Positions 28,716 through 42,966 of a stretch of DNA of 64,000 bases are shown here, one piece after another (positions within the stretch are counted from its first letter, which is position 1; each line of letters starts with the position of its first letter). Origin of the DNA: the human T2T-CHM13v2.0 reference genome, Homo sapiens. Location of the stretch: the NCBI RefSeq assembly GCF_009914755.1, contig NC_060933.1, one strand, 5' to 3'. A model generated the notes under the pieces. It was not told where the DNA came from. It ran no database searches and saw only the letters and a list, made by a program, of their open reading frames with translations. The translations under genes were made by a program, and so were the position numbers.

Positions 28716-31300
28716 GTGTGTATGAAAGAGAAAGAGAGAGAGAGAGAGAGGAAGACAAAGATTCTATTGCTGGAATAAATTCCTAGACAACCACATATTC
28801 TAATATGTGAGGACTTATTTATAAAGTATTGGCCATTTGTGCTCTATAGCTACCAAACAGACCAAGAGGGCACCAGCTTTGCTTATGAGGTTCAGTTGAC
28901 TCTACCATGCTCCAGTATATTGAACAATAAGAAGTGCTGGAGAGCCATGTGTGTTTCCCATTTTGCCTCTGTGAGACTTCCTAATTTTCTCTCACGGACT
29001 TAAACATGGATAGCATTATTTTCAGATTTCAGTAAGTCATCAGCCTAAGTAGATCCCTCTGATCTTCTAAGATTGGTATATCTTATTCTCCCATAGTCTC
29101 TGCAGACAAAGAAGGTAACCGAATGTTTGGTTTTAAATGCTCCATCTCTTTCATGCAGTTGCGCTTGGTATAAGATTGTACATAGAGGCAAAGTAGAGAT
29201 TTTGGTAACTAAGGGGGTTGGGCTGGCAGAGCAGATAATCAGGGCAATGAGGAGCAGAGATTGAGATTTGTTATGGTAGATCCACTTGTAGATATTTGAG
29301 AGTTGGCTGTAATTGAACTTTTATTGTTCAAAAGGAATGCAATACAACCACTGGCCTTTTAAATTTTTAATTGAGGGGATATGTTTAAAGTTTTAAATTA
29401 CTAGATCTATTTTGCTTTGACTGGCCACTATATAAAACCAGACAGAGTCCATCCATAGTAGCACCTAATAGTTCTGCACCATCAATCAAAGTGTGTTTCT
29501 CCATTTTATTTCCTGCCTCTACTATTAACTTGTCATTACCAACCTGCTTGTATACTTTCACACGGTGTGTGATGGATTAAACTAGTTAGCTGGCCAGATA
29601 GATTATACAGGGTATATTAACACTTAGTGTTTTTGATGGAGCACTGCGCAAAACAAAAGCCATTCCTTACGAAAGACAATTAAGCCTGCTGCTTGCTGTG
29701 TTTTGAACTTTGTGGTTCTCTTTCTCTGAGTGGGCAGATAATAGCCATGTAATCATTTTAGTGCAGGTGCATTTAATTAGTTTCCTTCTTAAGAGGCTTC
29801 TATTAAAGCAAAATGGTCAGTCGGTTGAGTAGCTGGTTTCCTTGCATCAGGTTTTTCTCTCCCTTTCCTCCTGTGTCTATTTCTGGCAAAATGACTGAGA
29901 AACTCCTGAGACAAACTATTTCCATAAGGTCTTTGTTTCTAAGAGAGGAGCTTTTGAGATTCTGGGCAGGTAGCTCAAGAGATCTTCTCCAATTTTCAGT
30001 GTTTAGTTGACCCAAGTTCCTGATGTTTTATTTTCTGCTATTTGGAGGCCGAATCATCCCAGCCTCATGTTCAGAGAGGCCTCCCCTGGCCAGTGTCCAC
30101 TGGGTACACTGTGTGCTACCCAGACACCCTGATACTCACACCGTGGGTCTGGGGCCCGGCTTGGCTCTGCCTCACCAAATAAGACAGGTGGCCTGTGGTT
30201 GGCCCCCCAACCAATCTACCCTACTGCTTAGACTCTCACCTGTGTGCACCTGCTGCTGTTGCCTGCTTAATCTGTGTAGGATGAATTTGTAAATATCCAT
30301 GGAAATGCCATAAATATTCTCTAATTCTCTCAGCACTTCCACAGGAAGGACAGAGAGCATCTCTCTCTGGTTCCCTGACATCCTGTTACTGCTCCTGAGG
30401 GATTCTAATACCTCCAGTCACCTTGACCCCATGTCTTTGGTAATGTCTGGTGTCTGGGCTCAAGGCTCAGCTGTTTTCTAGTTTTCTTATTTCCCTGTTC
30501 ATTCTAAACTCCTGGGGTGGCTGTTGGGGCTTGCTGGCTCATTTGGGTCTAGGAAAAACTGGGAAAGGAACAGAACAAAAGGCTGGTTTTCTGTTTCCTT
30601 ATCACCCCTGTAGCATGGGGAAGCCATCCTGCTTATGGGGCTTCATGCTGTCAACCTCCTGCTGACCCTCATTGTTGGTAGGGTGCCAATTGCTTGAATG
30701 AAAGCTGACTTCAAGCAAACTCTCCTAAAGGCTGGCTTAGTCCCCATTGGCAAGCAAGATAGGGTAAAGACTGGGAGTGGGCAATGAACCCTGGGCCTTT
30801 CTTCCTGCATGCACCTTATAAGCAAGATCTGGGCTACATCTATCTCTATTCACCCATAGAATATGTAACAATACCTGGCATAAACTGCTGCTCAGCCATC
30901 ACACCACATTACTGCTATTTCTGCTGATAATACTAATAAGAGTGACAACAATAACACATAATATAGGAATCAGAATGAGGCCTCTTGCCAGGATTTTAAA
31001 AATCACCAGCTGCCCTAATCCTGCCTCAGTCTCTAACATCGTCCATAACTTCCCTGAGAAGCAAAATGATAGTATCTCATACTATTGATCTTCTACCTTG
31101 TTCAGGACTTTACATACACTATTACACTATTATTAATCCCCAGCATTAACAGCCTGCCTTCACTTGTCACCAATATGTCAGGTACTCTTTTAGGTCGTAT
31201 GTATCATTCAGTCCTCACCGTAATCATGTGCTCTAGGTGCTCTTATCTCCCCATCCCAGCATGTCCAAACAACCTTTTTAGATCAAAGATGTTTGATTAA

Positions 31301-31318
31301 CAGCAGCAGCAGCAGCAG
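31301..31318. repeat. (CAG)6
   Basis: Seen directly; abuts a MIR end. Confidence 0.9.
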
Positions 31319-31319
31319 C

Positions 31320-31500
31320 TGTTAACATTTGTTGAATACTTACTATACACCGGGCACTGTTCAAAGCTCTTTGCTTATATTAATTCCTCTAATCATCACA
31401 AAAACTTTATGAGCTATAATGTAGGTATTATTATTCATCTTCATTTTACAGATGAGAAAAATGAGGCACACAGATAAATATTTTTGCTAACCTTACACAA
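31320..31500 (-). mobile_element. MIR SINE
   Basis: AACATTTGTTGAATACTTACTAT ... CATTTTACAGATGAGAAAAATGAGGCAC (reverse MIR core). Confidence 0.75.
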
Positions 31501-32344
31501 TGATAAAGCTTTCTAGCAAATGCTATAAGATAGGTATCGTTATTCCCATTTTTAGTATTAGTAACAAGAAAACCAATGATATTTTAAGAGCTGGCTGAAT
31601 TTGAGCAGATTGACCTAAGAGGAAGTCAGAGTTCCTCTTTCAGAGGCAAAATTATTCTTTTGTTTAGGAAAATGCCTTCACAAGCTTGTTTGGTGTTGAA
31701 GGTATATGGGCATCACTGGAATAGAAGTTTAAACAAACACCAGGTAACTTTTCTATGGAGTAAAATAACAGGAGGTTTGGAGTGGTCCACTAGAACCTTG
31801 AGATGGCAAAAGTACCTGGGAAAGAAGAAGGTAGGTACAGTAGAGAGAGAAAGAGAGAGAGAGAGGCTCAGTAACATGGTGGGAAGTTAGGGTCCCTGAA
31901 GGAATGTAGTCGGTGGTAAATTCCATGTGGACGGAATGAGCAATGAATTCCTTGGGATAGGAATGGCTGACATTCAGCGTGAAGTTGTTTTTGCATATGT
32001 TGCTCTCTGTTAACCCCAAAACTTCAATAAAAGTTTGATACTCAGAAATTAGCACTGCTGCTTTGGAGGAGTGAAGGGAGAGGACATTTATGGCTGGGGC
32101 TTTCCAAGCAGTGACCAGCAGGGAAAGGACTTAGAAACTTGGGCCAGAACTAGGAGTGAGTCCAAGTCAAGTGGCAGCAGAGAAACAAGCTGAAGTATAG
32201 ACCCATTAGAGAAGTGAGTGTAATAAGAGCCCCTGCAAACTCCCTTCCCCAAATGTACCCACGGGAAGTGAACAAAATAAGGCAAAGGGGGAAAGAGGGA
32301 GCAATTAATAACTTGTGTAATCATCAATTATTTTCTAAATTTGT

Positions 32345-32890
32345 GCATATGTATCTTTTAGGGACTCAGCTGCAAGCAGTGGAAAGTATCGTCTCAAATG
32401 GAACTAGGCAACAAGGAAATGTATTATTTTGCATATGAAAAGGCTCAGAAGTAGGGTATTTTCAGGGTTGGTTGATTCACTGGCTCAGCCATATCATCAA
32501 GGATGCAATTTCTTTCACTTCTCTCTGCTATCTTCTGGGTTGGTTTCATTCCTAGGGTGACAGCAAGATGGCTGCAGAAACTCCAGGAGTCACATCTATA
32601 TATTTCAATATACAGAAGAAATGTTTTCTATTCCAGTGAAGTATCTTTTTCAATAAAATTCCTAGAAGACTTTTTCTGTGTCTCATTGGCTAGAAACACA
32701 ATCATTTCTGAACTAATCTCTTCCAAGGGGATTGGAGTTGGCCTTAGATAACCCAGGTTTATCCTCAGAGCTGGGTATGGGGTCAGCTTCTTCTGAGGCA
32801 CATGGCTACGAATGGGAGAGGTAGAAACTCTGAAGATAGCCAGGATTTGGGTTGCTGGGTAGAAATTGTCAAGTGCGTACTACACAGTGG
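32345..32890 (-). mobile_element. Old MaLR solo LTR (MLT1-like)
   Basis: TTCAGGGTTGGTTGATTCACTGGCTCAG, CAAGATGGCTGCAG, GTCTCATTGGCTAGAA. Confidence 0.55.
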
Positions 32891-33286
32891 GGACAAAGGA
32901 GGAAAAAAAATGGGGAGAAATACATTTTGAGGTTTCTGACTGCATGTTTCTGTTGTTTCTAGCCCTATAAATGAAGCTGTAGCTCTCTGGCCTTACATAA
33001 CTAAAAGAATCCGCTGAGGTATGGTGCTCCTACACAATGGAATACCATGCAACTGGTAAAGCAATGAAGCATAGTTCTGCATATTGGTCTAATATGATCT
33101 TCAGGATATATTTTTAAGTGATAAAATCAAGGTGCAGGGTATTGTATGTATCTGTAAAAGGAGGAAATACAAATGTAAACATAAACCATAAACTAATAAA
33201 AGTATCTCTATGCATTGTTTTGTAGAATTGACTTTAAAATCATGTAAATTGAAACAGAAAGCAATTCTTAGAAATTAAAAAAATGA

Positions 33287-33622
<336 letters not shown>

Positions 33623-34466
33623 TCAACTTAATTGTGAATTATGTAGGTGGTTTAACTGTATCAAGAAGAATTATTTAGAATGACATCAAAAACTCAGTAA
33701 TTTGGATTTCTCTTGTGGGATATATCTATCCTAAAGAGAAGAAGAAATGCAATGAAATTTAAATTGTTAATGTCATTAGGAACCAAGATTTTTCAACATA
33801 AGAGAAACATATACCATGGTAAAATCAAAGAAGTTAAATTAAAGCTCTGTAATTCTAAATTTGAATTGTAAATATCAGTATAAATTTTTGATATATTTTC
33901 TAATAAATATTTCCCAGCAATTTCTACTGAAAAGGCCTAGAACAGGCCATTAATAGAGCACCCAGACTGTGGTCTGTAAATACAAATACTCAGAAAATGA
34001 AACCAGAGTTTGTGGTGAAATAGTGAATTCCATGTTTGGGAGAGCAACTGTGCAAAGTAAGCCTGGAAAATCTTGTCAGACCAGAAAGCAAGGAAAACAT
34101 CGAGATGATGGAGATTGTGTTAAAAAGATTCAGAAGCTGTTTTGAAGAACTCCCACTGGTCGAAGATGGAACACTTTGAAAATCAAAAGGAATAGAACTG
34201 TGAATGGATTGATATATATATAAGATATAAATATGCATGGATTTGTAATCATATAAAAATAATTGGTCACCTTTGAAAGATCCTAGACAACGAATCCATG
34301 GTTCTGAAGAAAGGTAAATAAGAGCACAGAATCCAGTCTTTAACTTGTTGTTCCTATATGACGTGTACCTCAGAGCAAACAAATATTTGCTGAAAATTTT
34401 TCTTTATAGAAAAATCCTAGTTAATGAAAGGAGAAGGGTAGATTTAAAATTTTAACGTTTCAATTC

Positions 34467-34806
<340 letters not shown>

Positions 34807-37154
34807 TAGCAATGCCTGCTAAGACCTTTAGTTGAAAAGCTGATAGGGAACTTTATAATAGATGAGCAGGCTGGTGACACCTGAACTCCTTGATCAATAT
34901 TAACATCAGGCATTAGGTACCTCCTCATGTGATGTAATAGGAAGTACACAGCACCACCTATGAAGTCTTCTTGCCAAAAGAACTGAAACTAAGTATAATC
35001 ACCTAAGTATAATAATTCTGTTTACAGGAAATGTTGGGACATAGAAATGAAACATAATATATGGACTTTTTTTGGATTTGAATTTAAACAAGCTGACTAC
35101 TTAAAAATACATAAGACAATAAGAGACAGTTGAGCACTGACTGAATATTGGATGATACTGAGGAATTATTAACTTTTTCAAATATGGTAATGGTTATATT
35201 TTTTAAAAAACTATTTTTTTTTGTAGCTACAAATGGATATGTTTATCTATGAATTAGCATAAAGTTTGAAATTTGTTTCAAAATAATGCAGTGTATGTGT
35301 GAGGGGAGTGAATGGGGTTATGGATTGACAAGTGTGAAGCTGGGTGATGGGTAATGGAGCTCTTTGGCTTATGTTTGACAGTTTCCATAATAAAGTGTTT
35401 GAAAAGAATGAGCTATGGTCAACCACCTTTCAATCAATGCAATTTTGGCTTTTGCTGCTCTGGCTGTAGGCAGGGGCCTTGATGTGAAGGCTCTGGCAGA
35501 CAAGCCATGGCTGTGTAGAAGCTGCCTTGGGAGTGAGGAATTGCATGGTCAGGGCCTTTGAAATACCTGGGACCACGGTTTTCCAGGACTCTGCTGTACT
35601 TGTGTATTGATCTTCCTCTTCCCCTTCCTCTCACTCCTGCTGGTTCCTCTCAATCACCGGAGTGGTGACAGGATTCAGTGGAATGATCTAGATGAGATGA
35701 ACTCTGGAGGATTTGCTCTCAGAAATGGTGGCATTGGTTGTTAGTCACATGCCTCTTCTTGCTTACACTGTGATTCTGGGACTAACCACAGACCACATGT
35801 CAAAAACCATCCTCTTGTACTGGTGCCTGAGACTTGACATCACTTCTCCATTGCCAAACATAGAGTGTTGGATCCTATTGAAAGATAAAGTCCATGTAAA
35901 AGGGATGACTCTGTAACTGATCAGTTTTCAAGTTAAGGTGCCAAGAAAAAAACTTATGCTCAGAGGGTTCTGTTACTCATTTGGGTATGACTGTTTTCAT
36001 CTACTCTAGTAAAAATGTTAAATAAAGGGATGGAATAGTATTAATCGTAAAATTTTCTCCATTCAGATCTTTTCGTGCTCTTGGTGTATGCTATTGTTTA
36101 TATATATTAGAATCTAAGATGATATCTGATTTAATACAGAATTATTATTGATTTTAATTTTCATATGGTAACTTTTCATGATATTCCAAGAAGAACACTA
36201 TGATTTTTAGGGGGTTCTGCTACTAGGTAAAGTTTGAGAACAGAGCACTGCAGAATGACTTATATTTTAGTGTGAGTGAAGGATTTGAGGGTGAGTTTGA
36301 TGAGAGGCAGAATAGCTTTATTCTAGGTGAGAACTGAAATTGGAAAAACCTCAACCCAACCCTTGTCTTGTTTAAGAATGTGTTTCCTTGACAACACCAT
36401 TTAAGCACAATAACTTAAGTGAAGGTTAAATTCTTAGGAGTAACACCCAAGCAGGGAGAGATGATATTTCAGCTTAGCTTTTTCTGGGTGTTAGTGACTG
36501 AACCTGCTGGGTCATAGGCTGTAAGGTTTATTTCTTACTCTAGAGAATATACTTGTAATGACACAAGAATAGAAATTAATCAGAGTTTTTTTTTTTTTTT
36601 CATTCCTTCTCATCTTTGTTTAAGTAGTTCAAGATCTTAGCCAAGGGATGGGGACAATTGCTGGCAAGAAAGGAAGCTTTCTGAATGGGTGTGAACCTTG
36701 AAACTCAGAATAAAACCGACTGGACAGGGACACCTTGAATTTAATTCACATTTTTAATCTGAAAAATTGGAGGGAAGGGCAGGAAGCATTTAGACTATCA
36801 GCAAATTAACTATTACTGTCTCCGGCCTCTCCTTCAATTTAAGGCAGCTGGGGTACGTGTAAGCTAGATGTTACCAAAGGGAATCATGGTAAGATGTGTA
36901 ACTAGAAGCTTAAAGATTGTGATTTCTAATCTTCGAAGGTTGATGTCTTCTGGGATATAGAGTGTCTACAATTATGCTCTATAGATAGAATTTGTCATTT
37001 ATTGCTCAAGGATGAAAACAAGTATCCAAAAATTCTTTAAGTCTGTGTTATTCTTCCTATTCTATTTGGATCAAAATCTGTATTATCACTCTCCCCCTCT
37101 CTCTCTGTCAAATCATCTTTCTTGCTATCTCACATCTCTCATTGTATGCACCAG

Positions 37155-37457
37155 AGTCGTGCTGTTCACCAGCCACGTGTGGCTACTGAGCACTTGGCAT
37201 GTGGCTAGTCCAAACTGAGATGTAAGTATTAAATAAACAGTGGATTAGGAAGACTAAGGATGGATAAATGAATATAAAATATCTCACCAATAGTTTTAAA
37301 ATGTTGACTGCATGTAGAAATGGAAATAGATATATTCAGTTAAATAAAACATTATTAAAATTAACTTCAATATTTATTGCTTTTCTAATATGATGATTAG
37401 TATGTTCAAAATTACTGTGTAGCTCACATTATATTTCTATTGGATAGAGCCACACTA
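37155..37457 (-). mobile_element. MER33 (hAT-Charlie DNA transposon relic)
   Basis: AGCCACGTGTGGCTACTGAGCACTTG ... GCTCACATTATATTTCTATTGGA. Confidence 0.75.
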
Positions 37458-37489
37458 GAAAATATTCGTGACATCTTTAATTTGTCCTA

Positions 37490-37700
37490 GAGACCAGAGG
37501 TATGAGATCAGAAGCTGGATCCCTCAGTCTGAATTGTGGTTCTCCACTTTATACATATGTGGCCTTAGACAGTTCTAAAAATCTGCATGCCTTCGTGTCC
37601 TATTCTGTAAAATGCAGAGAGAAAGAGTTGCTCTTGCATCGGGTGATTATGAGATTGCCTGAGACAGTGGCTGGTTCAGAGCAAGTTATGAGTATTACTA
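37490..37700 (+). mobile_element. MIR relic
   Basis: TCTCCACTTTATACATATGTGGCCTTAGAC ... TTCTGTAAAATG ... GTGATTATGAGATT. Confidence 0.5.
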
Positions 37701-37861
37701 CTTCTGATGATATTCCTACTCTGTTGCCCTAACCCAGAGCTAATCTCTTGTGTTGCTGAAAATCAGAGACTCTGTTGCAAGAAGGGGTAGGCAGCAGCCT
37801 CCCCACTCTTCCCACTATTTACTCATTTTTACTTGCAGTCAACTTCACACCCATATGCCCT

Positions 37862-38625
37862 TGTGTGGTCTGAATGTGTCCCCCAAAGGAATGTGTTGGA
37901 AACTTGATCCCCAGCACAGCGGTGTTGGGAAGTGGGGTCTTTTTTTTTTTTTTTTTTTCTGAGACGGGGTTTCACTCTTGCTTCCAGGCTGGAGTGCAAT
38001 GGTGTGATCTCGGCTCACTGCAACCACTGCCTCAGGTTCAAGCGATTCTCTTTTTTCAGCCTCCTAAGTAGCTGGGATTACAGGTGTGTGCCATCATGCC
38101 CAGCTAATTTTTGTATTTTTAGTAGAGATGGAGTTTTGCCATATTGGCCAGGCTGGTCTCAAACTGTGGATCTCAGGTGATCCACCCACCCCGGCTTCCC
38201 AAAGTGTGGGGATTAAAGGCATGAGCCACTTCGCCTGGCTGGAAAGTGGGGTCTTTTAGGAAGTGTTTAGGTCGTGAGGGGTCTGTCCTCATAAATTAAT
38301 TAATGGTCTTATTAAAAGGGTTTGTGAGAGCGGGTTCTTTCTCTCCTGTTCTGCCATGTGAAGACACAGGGTTCGTGTGTCTTCACATGGCACACCTTCC
38401 GCCTTCCACCATGTATTCACATGGCACACCTTCCACCTTCCACCATGTATTATTAGCCCTTCCGCCTTCCACCATGTAAGGACACAGTGTCTTGGCCCAC
38501 ACCAGATGCTGGTGCCTTGATCTTGGACTTTCCAGCATCCTGAACTGTGAGGAAATAAATTTATTTTCTTTACAAATTACCCAGTCTGTAGTCTCCTGTT
38601 ATACCAGTGCAAAACAAAGATGTGC
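37862..38625 (+). mobile_element. MST solo LTR interrupted by an Alu
   Basis: TGGTCTGAATGTGTCCCCCAA ... CACCAGATGCTGGTGCCTTGATCTTGGACTTTCCAGC ... AATAAAT ... AAATTACCCAGTCTG. Confidence 0.8.
37940..38240 (-). mobile_element. Alu (AluSq-like)
   Basis: Full Alu; TSD GGGAAGTGGGGTCTTT / GGAAAGTGGGGTCTTT. Confidence 0.94.
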
Positions 38626-39739
38626 CCCTTTAACATTTGAGGACAGGGACTGCACATTCGATTCCTTCATTTCACCCACAGAGTTCTACATATGGATGAT
38701 GCACAACAAATAATTGTTTATAACAAAAAAAAGGAGAACATAGCTTATCTAGGAAATACAGATTTGGTGATTTGAACAAGTTTAAAGAATATCTTTGGAA
38801 ACATGCTGAGAACCTATGACATCACCATGTAATATGTCTTTTGTTTCTCATGGCAACCTGAAAGATTATTAAATTGACTATTGACTGCTGCTTTTAAGCA
38901 ATATGCAACAAGAATTTCCTTCAGAAAAAAAGCTATGCATTTTTCAAAAAGGAAGAGAATGTGTAACGTCTGAAGATCTTCATTATAAGTCATTCTTTGT
39001 TTCAAAATTATACTTGCTTGCCTTTCTGTTTCTATTAGAAATAAAAACACACTCCTTCATGCCTCAAATGAGGTAAGATAATGGTGGTAGGATATCAGTC
39101 CTAAGCCTGTCCCAGGGAAGTAAGGGGTTATAATTAGGTGGCCCATTGAGCCTCAACCCTCACTCTGAGGAAATAATCAGAAGCGGGGAACACATCTTTT
39201 TTCTTCTGAAGTGCTGGTGGAAGCTTAGCTGGAGGTACTGGTGCCACCCTTTTTTAGCTGTCCCCAAAGGTCAAATATCCTGATCCAGTTTCAGGTTGAG
39301 GCCCATCTGGATAAATGAAGACCACAAACTACAGGTGAGAGAAGCCAAGCATGTACTATCCAGTGGCTTAACTATGCATTCTGTAGGGGATCAAAAGACA
39401 GCAAACCTCCTTGGTCAATCACTGTGTATAACACCCATCTCCCTAATATTCAATCAATCTGAATGAGTGCTGTCCCAGACCGAGGTAGCCTCTCTGATTT
39501 AGCAGCTTTTAAAACTGGCTACCATAACATCCTATAGGATGTTGTTCATCCAGTATCACAGGGTCCAAGAAATCTATCCTCAGTCATTTTACTTAGAGGC
39601 AACTTACATGAAATCCACCCGAGTGAGCCATGTGGTGGAATGTGAGAATGGTCCCAACTCCAACTCAGAGAAATCTCGCTGTAAGGAATGTTCAGGAAGA
39701 AATGTAGAGATTGAATCCAAAGATTAATTAAAAGATCTC

Positions 39740-40072
<333 letters not shown>

Positions 40073-41720
40073 TTATTTGTAGTGTCTGTGCTATAGGATT
40101 TATGTTTCCTGAATTATGGCGCCAGTAAAAATACTCCATCCCTCTTGGCAAAGTGCAGAGAACAAATAATTTTACACAAACCTCAGAAGCCACACTGCAC
40201 AAAGGAACAGGTGACCAGAGGACACTTGCTTCTGGCAATCCCTCAGACAAATTTGTAAAACAAGTAACAGTTGATTCAACAACCACAGGCTTTGGTCTTG
40301 TTTCAAACCCTTCTTCTCTGGAACTGGCCTTTTGCCTGAAGCCAGCTTTGGACCTATCCTGTACTATCCTGTCTCTACTTTCCTCTTCTGGATGAAGGAG
40401 AACATCCATTTGTTGTTCAGATAAAAAGTACTCTTGTGAGAATGAAACTAATAATGCTTCAGTGACTTTCAGAGGCTTCCTGGTTCCCACTGTATCAATT
40501 TAAACTCCTTTGTCAAGATTTCAGGATCCTCCAGTATTGTCAAACACATCTTGTTTTTCCCAGGAGTGCATGCTAAGCCTTTATTCCTTTTGTTCATCTC
40601 ATCTAAAATTGCCTTCCTGCTTCTCATGTTCTGGCTGACATTTAAGGCTCCGTTTAAGTTCTATTTCCTCTGTGAAGATTTCATTGTTTCTTTTAGCTAT
40701 TCTGAGGACATTTACTCAGTACCCACACAATGAAGCCACTACCCTGCCTTGTTCACTCTCACTTCTGGTGTGTAACTCATATCTCCCAGCTAGTGGTAAA
40801 CCACCGCTTGACACTTCACTTTCCATGCCCAGAACTTATCTACTGCTGAGGTTACTGGGGGCTCTTTCTACAGAGAGAGGAAGAAGTTTCTGACATCGAA
40901 ACTACCTCAAATGGAATGAGGTCATTTAGGATGTAATGAGTTCCTTGTCAGTGGAAGGTATCAGCTAGAGGTCACTGGAAGGGGCCTTCCCTAATGCATA
41001 GATCTTAGTTGATTTTTTATACACATTTGATGAATGAATGAATACAGGCTGTTGGGAAAGAGATTCAGATATTCAGTTGGCATGTGACAAAATTCTCAAC
41101 ACCAAGTTTCTATTATTCTATAAAATGGTTGCTCATTAAAGAAAAGCATTTGTCACATTCATAAAAGTCTTTTCTCATTTGGAAACAATTTCACATTTGT
41201 TACCTCACTTGATTTTAGCAAACTTGTGAGAGGTGTGAACGTTCACCATTATCTAAGTGTTACACATGAGGAAAGTGATGGAAACATAACAAGGATGTGT
41301 AGAAGGTGCATGAGGAGATGGGGGCACAACAATATCCAGGAAACAATGGTTGCCATGCTCTGGCCTTGGGCCATTTAGTGGTGGAGGGTTTGGGAGACAA
41401 GTCAGGGATAACAATGGAAAAATAAATCATAGTTAAACTTACTTATCCAGTTTGTGCTTGGATCCACTGGACTACCTATTAAACCAGGACACTATGCAGA
41501 AGCTGCTGGTTTCCTCTTCAACAAAGAAGTTAGAATTGCAATTTGGGTGAACATTTTTAACTGAGTCATAGCTGCTCTTTTATTACCTTGTGATAGGGTC
41601 CAAAAAACACTCAGAAAATTTGAAAATTCCAAACCGTGCGGCTTCAGGAAATGTATATGAAATTTATTTCTTGCTTTAGTGGAATGGTGGATATGAAGCC
41701 ATCAGATAACAAGGAATGCC

Positions 41721-42015
41721 TTTTTTTTTTTTTGAGACAGGGTTTTGCTCTGTAGCCTAGGCTGGAGTGCAATGATGCGATCTCAGCTCACTGCAACCTC
41801 CACCTCCTGGGTTCAAGTGATTCTTGTGCCTTAGCCTCCTGAGTTGCTGGGACAACAGGCATGTGTCACCATGTCTGGCTAATTTTTGTATTTTCAGTAG
41901 AGACGGGGTTTCACCATGTTGTCCAGGCTGGTCTTGAACTCCTGGTCCCAATTGATCTACCTGCCTCAGCCTCCCAAAGTGTTGGCATTACAGATGTGAA
42001 CCATGGTGCCTGGCC
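41721..42015 (-). mobile_element. Alu (AluS class)
   Basis: Full Alu; TSD AGGAATGCCT / AGGAATACCT. Confidence 0.94.
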
Positions 42016-42284
42016 AGGAATACCTATTTTAAGAGTAGAATGTGTTAAAGGGCTGAGGTAAATCATAGTAGTATTTTCCTAATGCTCTCTTGTAAACCTT
42101 GACAGTATAATATGAATTCAGCAACACAGTTATCAATCAGATACAATGTTCAAATCATTTTGCTGAACACCTGTCAAAAGCTTTGGTTATGCTCCCTGTT
42201 GAAGAGGACATCATGAAAAGACTTGGGCAGTATTGTAAGTGTGAAGTAGGAGAATGACAAATTGATCAGGGTGTATTATATGTG

Positions 42285-42938
42285 GCTATATTTGTTTTCT
42301 ATCACTACCTAACAAATTATCACAAATGAAGCAGGTTAAAATGACTCACAGGAGTCGTCAGGACTCAGCTAAGATGTGCCCAGTGCACATCTTAGCAGGG
42401 TCCTCTGCTTAGAATTTCACAAAGCTGCAGTCAAAGTACTGGCTGGATTGAATTGCTTTCTAGAGCTCAGGATTCTCTTTTAGGTTCCCTCATGTTGTTG
42501 ACAGAACTCAATTCCTTGTGTTGTAGGACTGAGGCCCCTGCTGTATTGCTGGCTTTCAGCTGGGGCTGCCCTCAGCTCCTACAGCCACTCAGTTTCTTGC
42601 CTCATGGGCCTTCTCACAACATGGCAGCTTATGATTTCAAGGCCAGGAGGAGAATCTCTGACCTCCTCGGTTTCTGACTTCTAGACCCTCTTTTAAAGGA
42701 CTTTCCTTATTAGGTCAGGCTTACAAAGCACAATCTCCTTTTTGGTTAACTTGAAATCAACTGATTAAGAATTTTAATTACATATATAAAAATCCCTTCC
42801 CTTTTGCCAAATAACATAACTTAATCACTGGAGTAAAATCCTACCATATTCACAGGTCACTAAAGGAAGGGGATTATACAGGGCATGCAGATCAGAAGTG
42901 GAAGTCTTCAGATCATCTTAGAATTTTTCCTATTATAC
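42285..42938 (-). mobile_element. MLT1E/F-like solo LTR
   Basis: TAACAAATTATCACAAA, GTTGTAGGACTGAGGCCCC, ACAACATGGCAGCTT, CATCTTAGAATT end. Confidence 0.7.
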
Positions 42939-42966
42939 TAGTGAATCAGAAGGCAAAACATCATCC

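Noticed and set aside
31301-31318. (CAG)6 as a polyglutamine tract
   Set aside because: Short, outside any ORF in the track, and sits at a MIR end.
38382-38478. Repeat-spacer (CRISPR-like) reading of the short repeats
   Set aside because: The units are tandem with no unique spacers of regular length; primate LTR context and no cas genes.
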